The position numbers and the translations under genes were made by a program. Below are positions 37,071-45,308 of a stretch of DNA of 64,000 nucleotides, one piece after another (the stretch's first letter is position 1; the number at the start of each line of letters is the position of its first letter). This DNA comes from an uncultured Gammaproteobacteria bacterium (GTDB lineage Bacteria > Pseudomonadota > Gammaproteobacteria > Arenicellales > Poriferihabitantaceae): assembly GCA_947259885.1 (NCBI GenBank), contig CAMYNW010000012.1:74769-138768 (forward strand), read 5' to 3'. The notes beneath the pieces were generated by a model. That model saw only the letters and a program-made list of their open reading frames with translations, was not told the DNA's origin and did not search any database.

Positions 37071-38366
37071 ATGAGCATATTCCAGGAACTTGTACCTTCC
37101 CTGCGACTTGGGAGTTGGACCCCTTCGTCAATCCGCAAACACCTGTTCGGAGATGAAAGTCAATCCATTGAGGCGCTTTGCGCTATGATGATGAAGTTAG
37201 ACGGGGAGTATTCTAGTCTTTTGATTGCAGAACGGATTCTAGATGCCTATAAAAAATTGGATCAGGATGGCCGATCAGACTTCTTCAAGATGCTGAACAC
37301 CGAATACGATCTAGATGTGGATTCATTAGGCTCGGCGGTAGCACAATATGCTGAGAAGCCTGACACCAAAACCCTGAAACAACTTACCAGGGAAGCTGAG
37401 CCCAGACGACAGGAATTGTTCCGGCGTCTTAACATGGCACCAGGTGGCACTCAAAGTCTGGTTAAAATGCGCGAGCACCTGCTGCAGCTGTCGAGGAAAC
37501 AACCAGAGCTTGCAAAAATGGATGTGGATTTTCGACACTTGTTTAGTTCCTGGTTCAATCGCGGTTTTCTCCTGATGCAGCCGATCGACTGGACCACACC
37601 TGCCCACATTCTCGAAAAAATTACTGCTTACGAAGCTGTGCACGAAATCCGAAACTGGAATGAACTGCGGCGACGACTGGAGCCCCAGGATCGTTACTGC
37701 TATGCGTTCTTCCATCCAGCAATGGATGATGAGCCACTGGTGTTCGTCGAGGTCGCACTGACCGACGAAATTCCATCGAAGATTGATCAAATATTGCATC
37801 AAGACCGAGCACTGCTATCACCAGATCAAGCGAGCTGTGCGGTATTCTACTCAATATCTAACTGTCACAGCGGCCTCGCCGGAGTTTCTTTCGGTAACTT
37901 TCTGATTAAACAGGTGGCTACCGGCCTGCAGCTGAGGTTTCCGCATCTGAAAAAATTTGCCACTATTTCGCCAGTCCCTGGATTCAAGAATTGGCTGATT
38001 CAGAAGGCTGCCGAAGAACCTGCGGTGGCAGAACTGATAGAGCAAGCTGAGCTTAGGCCCGAAGAAATCGAGCGCGAGCGACTCGCTGCCAGCATTTTAA
38101 AGTTGGCAGCACGTTACTTTCTGGAAGAGAAATCGTCCTATGGAACCCCTATTGATCCGGTTGCAAGGTTTCATTTAAAAAATGGCGCTTGTCTGGAGCG
38201 CTTTAATATTGCCGCAGATTTGTCGGATAAAGGCATGACACAATCACTCGGACTGATGGTGAACTATATCTACAATCTGGCAAAGGTCGAAGAAAATCAC
38301 GAAAACTACATGAAGAACCACAAGGTTGTTTGCAGCAACCAGATTAAGAAATTGTTACTAAACTGA
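37071..38366 (+). CDS. matA: Malonyl-CoA decarboxylase
   Basis: 431 aa from the ATG at 37071. It has the malonyl-CoA decarboxylase family signature region FYSISNCHSGLAGVSFGNFLIKQV and a C-terminal HLKNGA motif. It is followed directly by a malonyl-CoA synthetase-like gene. Confidence 0.8.
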   Translation: MSIFQELVPSLRLGSWTPSSIRKHLFGDESQSIEALCAMMMKLDGEYSSLLIAERILDAYKKLDQDGRSDFFKMLNTEYDLDVDSLGSAVAQYAEKPDTKTLKQLTREAEPRRQELFRRLNMAPGGTQSLVKMREHLLQLSRKQPELAKMDVDFRHLFSSWFNRGFLLMQPIDWTTPAHILEKITAYEAVHEIRNWNELRRRLEPQDRYCYAFFHPAMDDEPLVFVEVALTDEIPSKIDQILHQDRALLSPDQASCAVFYSISNCHSGLAGVSFGNFLIKQVATGLQLRFPHLKKFATISPVPGFKNWLIQKAAEEPAVAELIEQAELRPEEIERERLAASILKLAARYFLEEKSSYGTPIDPVARFHLKNGACLERFNIAADLSDKGMTQSLGLMVNYIYNLAKVEENHENYMKNHKVVCSNQIKKLLLN

Positions 38367-38373
38367 TTTCTGA

Positions 38374-39882
38374 ATGCACAACTATCTTTACCAGCGGCTG
38401 GTCGCACCACGCGAGCAATCCGATACAACGTTTCTCATACTTGAAGACAACACCACACTCAGCTATCGGAAGTTCTGTGAGCGTGCCAACCAGATTGCAC
38501 ACCGCCTGATCGCAAGCGGAGTCGAACCCGGTGACCGAGTCGCCGCGCAGGTTAACAAGTCCTGGCACGCGTTAGCGCTTTACCTTGCCACAATCAAGGC
38601 AGGGGGCGTATTTCTGCCGTTGAACAATGCCTATACTGCTAAGGAGGTAGAGTACTTCTTGCAAAACGCAGAGCCACGCCTGCTGATTTGTGATCCAGCA
38701 GACATCGCATCTCTTGGGCCCATCACCCAGTCCTACAATGTAAAACTTTTCACTCTGAGTCAGGCGGGCACTGGCAGCCTCCCCTCTGCGGCAGACGATT
38801 GCCCCATCGAGTTCGAGGCGGTAGCACGTGACAAAGATGATCTGGCGGCCATTCTCTATACATCTGGTACCACCGGCAGATCCAAAGGTGCAATGCTGAC
38901 ACACCACAACCTATGGACCAATGCGGAGGTACTGACCAAGGCCTGGCATTTTACCGATCGCGATATACTGCTTCATGCACTGCCGGTGTTTCATACCCAT
39001 GGACTATTTGTCGCGACCAATACTTCCATGATCGCCGGCGGTAGCATGATATTCCTGCCAGCTTTTCAAATCGACGCTATGATCGAGCGGCTTCCCTTGG
39101 CGACCAGCATGATGGGTGTACCCACGTTCTATACTCGCCTGCTTGACGACAAAAGATTTACCGGCGAACTGGTTAAGCACATCCGCCTTTTTGTCTCCGG
39201 AAGCGCCCCGCTGTTAGCCGAAACTCATGTCGAATTCGAGCATCGTACTGGCCACTGTATTCTCGAACGATACGGTATGACTGAAACTAGCATGAATACT
39301 TCAAATCCCTATCAAGGCGACCGTCGCGCGGGAACTGTCGGCCCAGCGCTGCCCGGTATCGAAATCAGGGTCGTGTCAACGGAGGCCGGAGGACCTATTC
39401 CTGCGAATGAAGTAGGCGCCGTGCAGGTAAGGGGCCCGAATGTATTTAAAGGCTACTGGAAAATGCCGGAGAAAACCGCCGAAGAGTTTACCGATGATGG
39501 ATTTTTTATCACCGGTGATCTCGGAAAGTTAAGTGAAGACCACTATCTCACTATAGTAGGTCGAGATAAAGACCTGATCATTTCTGGCGGATACAACATT
39601 TACCCAAAGGAAATTGAACTGCTGCTCGATGCAATAGATGGGGTAAGAGAGTCGGCGGTGATCGGTGTACCGCACCCGGATTTTGGCGAAGGCGTGGTCG
39701 CAATATTAACTGGAAATTCACTACCATCGAATGATCATATCAGAGCTACGATTAAAAACGAGATCGCGAAATTCAAACAGCCAAAAAAATATTTCCACCT
39801 TGACCAGTTGCCACGCAACAGCATGGGAAAGATTCAGAAGAATGTATTGCGGCAACAATATGCCGACTGTTTCCAGTCCTGA
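38374..39882 (+). CDS. matB: Malonyl-CoA synthetase-like AMP-forming ligase
   Basis: 502 aa with YTSGTTGRSKG, GYWKMPEKT and TGD, and a C-terminal Lys motif. It lies 7 nt after the decarboxylase gene, mirroring the rhizobial matA-matB order. Confidence 0.7.
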   Translation: MHNYLYQRLVAPREQSDTTFLILEDNTTLSYRKFCERANQIAHRLIASGVEPGDRVAAQVNKSWHALALYLATIKAGGVFLPLNNAYTAKEVEYFLQNAEPRLLICDPADIASLGPITQSYNVKLFTLSQAGTGSLPSAADDCPIEFEAVARDKDDLAAILYTSGTTGRSKGAMLTHHNLWTNAEVLTKAWHFTDRDILLHALPVFHTHGLFVATNTSMIAGGSMIFLPAFQIDAMIERLPLATSMMGVPTFYTRLLDDKRFTGELVKHIRLFVSGSAPLLAETHVEFEHRTGHCILERYGMTETSMNTSNPYQGDRRAGTVGPALPGIEIRVVSTEAGGPIPANEVGAVQVRGPNVFKGYWKMPEKTAEEFTDDGFFITGDLGKLSEDHYLTIVGRDKDLIISGGYNIYPKEIELLLDAIDGVRESAVIGVPHPDFGEGVVAILTGNSLPSNDHIRATIKNEIAKFKQPKKYFHLDQLPRNSMGKIQKNVLRQQYADCFQS

Positions 39883-39916
39883 CTCAACTTTGCGCCAGCC
39901 CATCATAGGCTAGACA

Positions 39917-41197
39917 ATGATCCGGCCAATCCTGCCTCTTCTGCTTGCGGCGGCAATTCTTCTCGGCGGCAATGGTGTGCTCGGCACCTTGGTAGCGCTT
40001 CGCGGCAACCTAGAGGGTTTCGGTACTGATCTGATTGGTCTGATGGGCGCCTGCTATTTTTTCGGATTCTTCGTCGCCAGCTTTAATGCCGCGAGAATCA
40101 TTCGGTCCATCGGCCACGTCCGGGCTTTTGCTGCTCTGGCGGCTGTGGGCGCCACCATCCCTCTGATCATGGCAATAGTGCCTAATGCCTGGGTATGGAT
40201 GGGTGTTCGGGCGCTGAGCGGGTTTTGCTTCGCCGGATTACTCATGGTGGTAGAAAGCTGGATCAATGAAATCTCAAAGAACGCTGACCGTGGGCGTGTG
40301 CTCGCGATTTACCGAGTCATTGACCTGATATCGGTGACCTGTACCCAGTTTTTAATTCCCACGGTGGGCGAAGCCGGATTCGAGATATTTTCGATCGTCA
40401 GCCTGATGTACTGCTTATCGCTGGTACCCGTGGCGATATCAAACCGGACCAAACCACAGATCCCGGAAAACCTGAAACTTGAATTACGGACCGTATGGTT
40501 GATCTCCCCTCTGGCTTGTCTGACAACACTCGCCATCGGTCTGACCAATTCAGCGTTTCGACTGGTTGGCCCAATTTATGGGGTGGAAATCGGGCTGTCA
40601 ACGTCATCAGTAATCATTTTCATGACCATGGGCATCATCGGCGGTGCCGTATCGCAGTACCCGCTCGGCCATATGTCAGACAAGTTGGGCCGACGTAAAA
40701 CCGTATTGATCGCGACTGCCGGCGCAATGCTCGCAGCACTGTTCCTGTCGCGTCAGCATTCAGACGCAGAGACTCTTGTGTTTGTTGGCGCATTCTTGTT
40801 CGGTGCATTTGCCATGCCTTTATACTCTCTTGCCGCTGCGCATGCTAACGATCGCGCAGGATCGGGCCAGTATGTGCTGATCTCGGCAGGACTGACGTTT
40901 TTCTTTTCTCTTGGTGCAGTGGTTGGGCCGTACACAGCCTCACTGGTCATACAGCATTTTGGCCCACCCGCCTTCTTTGTGTATACCTGCGCGGTGCATG
41001 GTTTTCTGGCACTGGTGGTTATGATCAGGATTAAGTCGCGGGCTTCGGTGCCGGTCGAGCAGCGCTCGAGATTTGTGAGCTTGCTTCGGACTTCGCCTGT
41101 ATTTTTTCGTATGGCAAGAAGAATCAGTCGTGACCGTCCGACCTCAGACCAGTCATCTAGTCAGGGGCAAAATAAAGAGACTACTGACGGTCATTGA
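39917..41197 (+). CDS. MFS transporter
   Basis: 426 aa with about 12 predicted hydrophobic spans and an MFS loop motif GHMSDKLGRRK. It is the third gene of the malonate module. Confidence 0.8.
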   Translation: MIRPILPLLLAAAILLGGNGVLGTLVALRGNLEGFGTDLIGLMGACYFFGFFVASFNAARIIRSIGHVRAFAALAAVGATIPLIMAIVPNAWVWMGVRALSGFCFAGLLMVVESWINEISKNADRGRVLAIYRVIDLISVTCTQFLIPTVGEAGFEIFSIVSLMYCLSLVPVAISNRTKPQIPENLKLELRTVWLISPLACLTTLAIGLTNSAFRLVGPIYGVEIGLSTSSVIIFMTMGIIGGAVSQYPLGHMSDKLGRRKTVLIATAGAMLAALFLSRQHSDAETLVFVGAFLFGAFAMPLYSLAAAHANDRAGSGQYVLISAGLTFFFSLGAVVGPYTASLVIQHFGPPAFFVYTCAVHGFLALVVMIRIKSRASVPVEQRSRFVSLLRTSPVFFRMARRISRDRPTSDQSSSQGQNKETTDGH

Positions 41198-43433
41198 TCA
41201 GATAAATAGGGCTGGACCAGATATAGTGGCCGTCCTCCTGGGTAATCCTGACATACAATGCATTGTCGCGATCATGATTCAAGCGAATTTCACGTTCAAC
41301 CTGAATTCGCTCTACCTTATTTCGATCGGGTAGCCGGAATATCCGGATTCTTCTATCAATCCCACCGTTCTCAAAAACCATTTCATCCCGCCCAATATCC
41401 TTAACCCCAATTTTCTGCTTCACCAGTTTAGTATCAATGCTCAACACCCCGTTTGACGCGTGATCCAGATAGGCGTCAAACCCACCGAAGCCTCCAGTGG
41501 TCAGTGCGGCCCACTCTAGCCGTTGCTCATCGACAAGCTCAAATCGTTTGTCCACGTTATATCGATTGATCGGAGAAACATGTGTAAAGCGATTGTTTTG
41601 AACCACGGCAACACCATCCCAGATCGTCTCTCTGCCACGACCTCGATACTCTGAGCCTTCCCATATGACTCTGATCCGACTGCCCAACTCCTCTTCTTTA
41701 TAGGGGCGGTAGACTTCGATGGTATCTAACCCGTTTCGAATGTCGACACGTTCGATCGGTGCGGAACCCAGCGCATCAATTCGAAAGCGCACAGTGTCCT
41801 GATCACAACCGACGATATCCCCCATCATCGACGCCTCCACTTCAGTCACCTCTGAATGTCCAAGTAGAGGATCCTCATCATAAAGCCTCGCGGGCTTTTC
41901 AAACTCAACCCTTGTATCCAGTAACATACGACAACCTGTGGTGCCATAATGATGCCTTCGGCGAAGAGCGTCCCTAATCGCTGGACGAGTCAATTCGGGT
42001 GCCAGCATGCAGGTTAGACCGCCATAAGCGCCAAATTTGGTGGCACCCGGATGAGAGGCCCCTGGACGCCCCTTATGGCCGTCTGAATTAGACATGATGC
42101 CGACCCTATAGCCTTGTTCAAATGCGTCTTCGATTAACCATTCAAATGTGCCCCACGCAGAATGCACTTCTACCGCCCGTTCAAGGCGTTGATCATGGGC
42201 GGCTTTAATATCAGCGTAACGTCCCCCAATATGCGCGAATACCACACAATCCTCATCCTTTAGAACCTTGAACAGGTCTGCAGCAGAATTGGCGTCGGTG
42301 TGGATATCCGACAGGTCATCAACCAACGCATGGGAGGAACGGTGTATTTGCCGCCCCTCTGTCATCATCAATACATTGCGGTCTCCACCGAGACCGGTAT
42401 TGCCCGACCACTCCCAGCCTGGGTAGACGACGAACCGATGATCGACATTAAACTCCGCGGATAGCTGATTCAGCCACTCCCAGAATTCGCTGGTGATCTG
42501 GAAATCATTACCCTGATGCACACAGACATCGAGGAATGCCTTGTCTCTCGCGAACTCATAAAAATCTCTGGCCGAGTTAGTGCCGATTGTTTCTTCTGAC
42601 TGACCGTGCAGATCACCCCAGAACGGTCGCAGCATAAGCGAAGCTGCAATTCTAATTGGATTCGAACGTGCCAACACCGCACCAACGTCTGACACCAGTT
42701 CAATTACAAGATCGCCGGGTTCCGAAACAATGAGATTTTCCACCGCGACTGAAAATTCTCCTTTTAACATTGTGACCTTGGGCGGCAATCCCTCAACAGT
42801 CAAGCTCGGCCTCAAAAATAACTCTTGATCACAGCGGTGCGTCGGGTTGCCCCATTTGTCCTCAGCCTTAATCCGCAGGCTAAAGGGCTCTCCAGCTACG
42901 CTGCTGGTAGGCATGATTGCTTTGAATAGCGATGGTGGACCGGGCACGATCGCAATAACCGGCTGTTCAGGAAGCTCAACATAGTTGTAGGTGGCAATAG
43001 CATCTACGAGAATGCGAAACTCGAAAGTAGACTCACAAAAAGTCTGTACCCGGATACCAGGTGAACCCTGCCGCTGGTCTCCAAAGCGCACAAGGATCTG
43101 ATCCCCCTGTCGCAGAAAACCCCGCACGACTTTGATGTATAGCGTCTTATCCCAAGGACGAATATTACGTTTTGTATCGTACTCGACCTGCAACACCGCG
43201 CCATTGGTCGCCTCAACCGTGGTGTAGTTAGGTGCGGACGGATTGTCAAACTGCGGACGTCCCATGTCAGATGCAAACCGATGCACGATCTTGATTGAGC
43301 CGGTGTCATCTATGCCAAAATAACCGGCCGTATAGGTGACTATGAATTCCTGATACGACCCGGCTTCGAAACTGCCAGTGGGAGCAACCGTGGCTGAGCC
43401 CATCCTTTCAGGCATATACGTGGAATGGGGCAT
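41181..43433 (-). CDS. Large uncharacterised protein with a PHP-like metal-dependent hydrolase core
   Basis: 750-aa ORF. The central segment has a His/Asp-rich metal-ligand pattern (WGDLHGQSEE, VHQGNDFQ, FAHIGG, EVHSAWG, SNSDGH), flanked by beta-rich N- and C-terminal domains. No family assignment is possible without an HMM search. Confidence 0.5.
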   Translation of the reverse strand: MPHSTYMPERMGSATVAPTGSFEAGSYQEFIVTYTAGYFGIDDTGSIKIVHRFASDMGRPQFDNPSAPNYTTVEATNGAVLQVEYDTKRNIRPWDKTLYIKVVRGFLRQGDQILVRFGDQRQGSPGIRVQTFCESTFEFRILVDAIATYNYVELPEQPVIAIVPGPPSLFKAIMPTSSVAGEPFSLRIKAEDKWGNPTHRCDQELFLRPSLTVEGLPPKVTMLKGEFSVAVENLIVSEPGDLVIELVSDVGAVLARSNPIRIAASLMLRPFWGDLHGQSEETIGTNSARDFYEFARDKAFLDVCVHQGNDFQITSEFWEWLNQLSAEFNVDHRFVVYPGWEWSGNTGLGGDRNVLMMTEGRQIHRSSHALVDDLSDIHTDANSAADLFKVLKDEDCVVFAHIGGRYADIKAAHDQRLERAVEVHSAWGTFEWLIEDAFEQGYRVGIMSNSDGHKGRPGASHPGATKFGAYGGLTCMLAPELTRPAIRDALRRRHHYGTTGCRMLLDTRVEFEKPARLYDEDPLLGHSEVTEVEASMMGDIVGCDQDTVRFRIDALGSAPIERVDIRNGLDTIEVYRPYKEEELGSRIRVIWEGSEYRGRGRETIWDGVAVVQNNRFTHVSPINRYNVDKRFELVDEQRLEWAALTTGGFGGFDAYLDHASNGVLSIDTKLVKQKIGVKDIGRDEMVFENGGIDRRIRIFRLPDRNKVERIQVEREIRLNHDRDNALYVRITQEDGHYIWSSPIYLINDRQ

Positions 43434-43447
43434 CGTTAATTTAGGAG

Positions 43448-43482
43448 ATAAAATGTGATTTTAGAGGGCTCTCACATTTTAT
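43448..43482. promoter_or_regulatory. Long AT-rich inverted repeat ATAAAATGTGA-N13-TCACATTTTAT immediately upstream of the 750-aa gene
   Basis: It has perfect 11-bp arms and lies 15-49 nt upstream of the ATG at 43433. The spacer contains a nested AGAG/CTCT pairing. Confidence 0.45.
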
Positions 43483-43560
43483 AACGGTGTGCCCAAGTTG
43501 CAACATGCTAGCTCCCATTATGCCAGGCTCCGATCGAGAGTCTTTGTATAGTTCCCGTGA

Positions 43561-43587
43561 TCCTGAATCAAGTTCAGGATGACAGCG
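43561..43587. repeat. Short interspersed palindromic element, copy 2 (inverted relative to copy 1)
   Basis: Its reverse complement reads CGCTGT-CA-TCCTGAACTTGATTCAGGA, matching 1936-1962 at 25 of 27 positions. It lies in the intergenic region downstream of the sulfatase gene. Confidence 0.7.
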
Positions 43588-43694
43588 TGAGGCGTCCGGT
43601 TCATGACAACGTCGAATCCCACCTCATCCCTACAATAGTCAGTGGCTCTTCGCATTATTAAAATCATAGAGAGAACGCCTCATAAAAAACCCCT

Positions 43695-45257
43695 TCACCA
43701 TCTTCCAATCACGATCCCTTGCCGCTCATCCAGCTCGGGCCCCATTGCACCGAGAGCAGTCGCAGGCATTTCGGTTCTGCGTTTGAGACTGCGGAACCAA
43801 TCAAACAACCTACCCTGCATTTGATCAAGAATTCGTATTGATTCCGGCTTACCCGCAACATCAAAAAACTCTTGAGGGTCGGCTTCAAGATCAAACAGTT
43901 GCGGTGGATAACCTTCGTAATAAATATATTTCCACTTTCCGTCGCACAACATCCATGCGCGACACTGGTATGGCGGGATATTTAAGATGCCCCTCGCACC
44001 TCGATCACTGTAGTCTATTTCGCTTACCACCAGCTCCCTCAGTGCTTCCTCATCGGAATAAAGCAAAGGTAACATTGAAAACCCTTCCAGTTTTTCTAGT
44101 GGGGCCTGGCCACCAGCCAAATCGATCAGCGTAGGCACGAGATCAATTGATTCGATATACTGCTCCCTTACCTGTTGTCGCGCTTCGAAACCTGGCATTC
44201 GAATCATTAACGGAATTTTTACCGACATATCATGAAACAAATCCTTTTCTCCGAGCCAGTGATCGCCGAGATAATCTCCATGATCACTGGTAAAGATAAT
44301 CACTGTGTTCTCCCACTGATCATTCTGCTTCATCCAATGAAATAATCTGCCAAGATGGTCGTCTATTTGCTTAATCAGACCCATGTATACGGGCACTAGA
44401 GATCTACGAATTTCCTCGTTTGAATAGTTGATACTGTATTCCTGCTGCATGAACGCATTAACCACAGGATGCGGCGAAATCTTTTCTTGCTCGTGCCGAC
44501 ATACCGACAAGATATCCCGACCGGAGTACATCGCGTGGTATGGTGAAGGCGCCATCAATGGCCAATGCGGTTTTATGTAACTCAGGTGCAGACACCAGTT
44601 CTTTCGAGGATTCAGATCCCCAAGAAATTCGATAGCCCTGTTTGTAATAAACGCCGTCTCTGAATACTGTTCAGGAATTCGCGATGCTTTCGAACTGTTT
44701 CGCATAAGCCATCCGCTCAAGTCAGCCGCATCGCCTTGGGCAGTATTGACGTAAGATTCCCACGGATTGTCAGCCTCAAATCCATGCTTCCGCAAATAGG
44801 TGTTGTATCTCAGGTCAGGCGAGACAAGCGGGTCCGGATTTAATCCTTCATAGACCTCCCAGGGTTCGAAACCACCGCAGCGCAAGCGATTAGCCAACGG
44901 ACTTTCGAGGTCAACTCCTAATCGCTGTAAACCAGCACGGTTGATCGAGGTGTGCGATTTCCCGCACAGCGCGGTTCGATAACCCAAATCTCCAAGATAA
45001 TCCCCAAGGGTCAATTCGCCCGTAGCTAGCGGATCTGCATTTGCCATTGCGCCATGGGAAGACATGTAGCGCCCGGTGTAAAAGCTTGAACGAGAAGGAC
45101 CGCATAGCGGCGCCTGACAGTATGCGTTGGTAAAACGAAAGCCTTGCTCGGCAATACTATCGATATTTGGTGTGTGCAGGGCCGGATGACCATAACAGGA
45201 CAAGTGATCCTGCCGTAGCTGATCACACATAATAAACAGGAAGTTTGGACGCCCCAT
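43695..45257 (-). CDS. Sulfatase-family hydrolase (formylglycine type)
   Basis: 520 aa from the ATG at 45257. It has the N-terminal metal-site motif FLFIMCDQLR, the C-x-P-S-R FGly signature in LCGPSRSSFYTGRY, and the downstream GKSH and SDHGD motifs. Confidence 0.85.
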   Translation of the reverse strand: MGRPNFLFIMCDQLRQDHLSCYGHPALHTPNIDSIAEQGFRFTNAYCQAPLCGPSRSSFYTGRYMSSHGAMANADPLATGELTLGDYLGDLGYRTALCGKSHTSINRAGLQRLGVDLESPLANRLRCGGFEPWEVYEGLNPDPLVSPDLRYNTYLRKHGFEADNPWESYVNTAQGDAADLSGWLMRNSSKASRIPEQYSETAFITNRAIEFLGDLNPRKNWCLHLSYIKPHWPLMAPSPYHAMYSGRDILSVCRHEQEKISPHPVVNAFMQQEYSINYSNEEIRRSLVPVYMGLIKQIDDHLGRLFHWMKQNDQWENTVIIFTSDHGDYLGDHWLGEKDLFHDMSVKIPLMIRMPGFEARQQVREQYIESIDLVPTLIDLAGGQAPLEKLEGFSMLPLLYSDEEALRELVVSEIDYSDRGARGILNIPPYQCRAWMLCDGKWKYIYYEGYPPQLFDLEADPQEFFDVAGKPESIRILDQMQGRLFDWFRSLKRRTEMPATALGAMGPELDERQGIVIGRW

Positions 45258-45308
45258 GAATATCAATATAAATCAGTAGCGAATAGTTTTAGATAGAGCG
45301 AGATTCAA

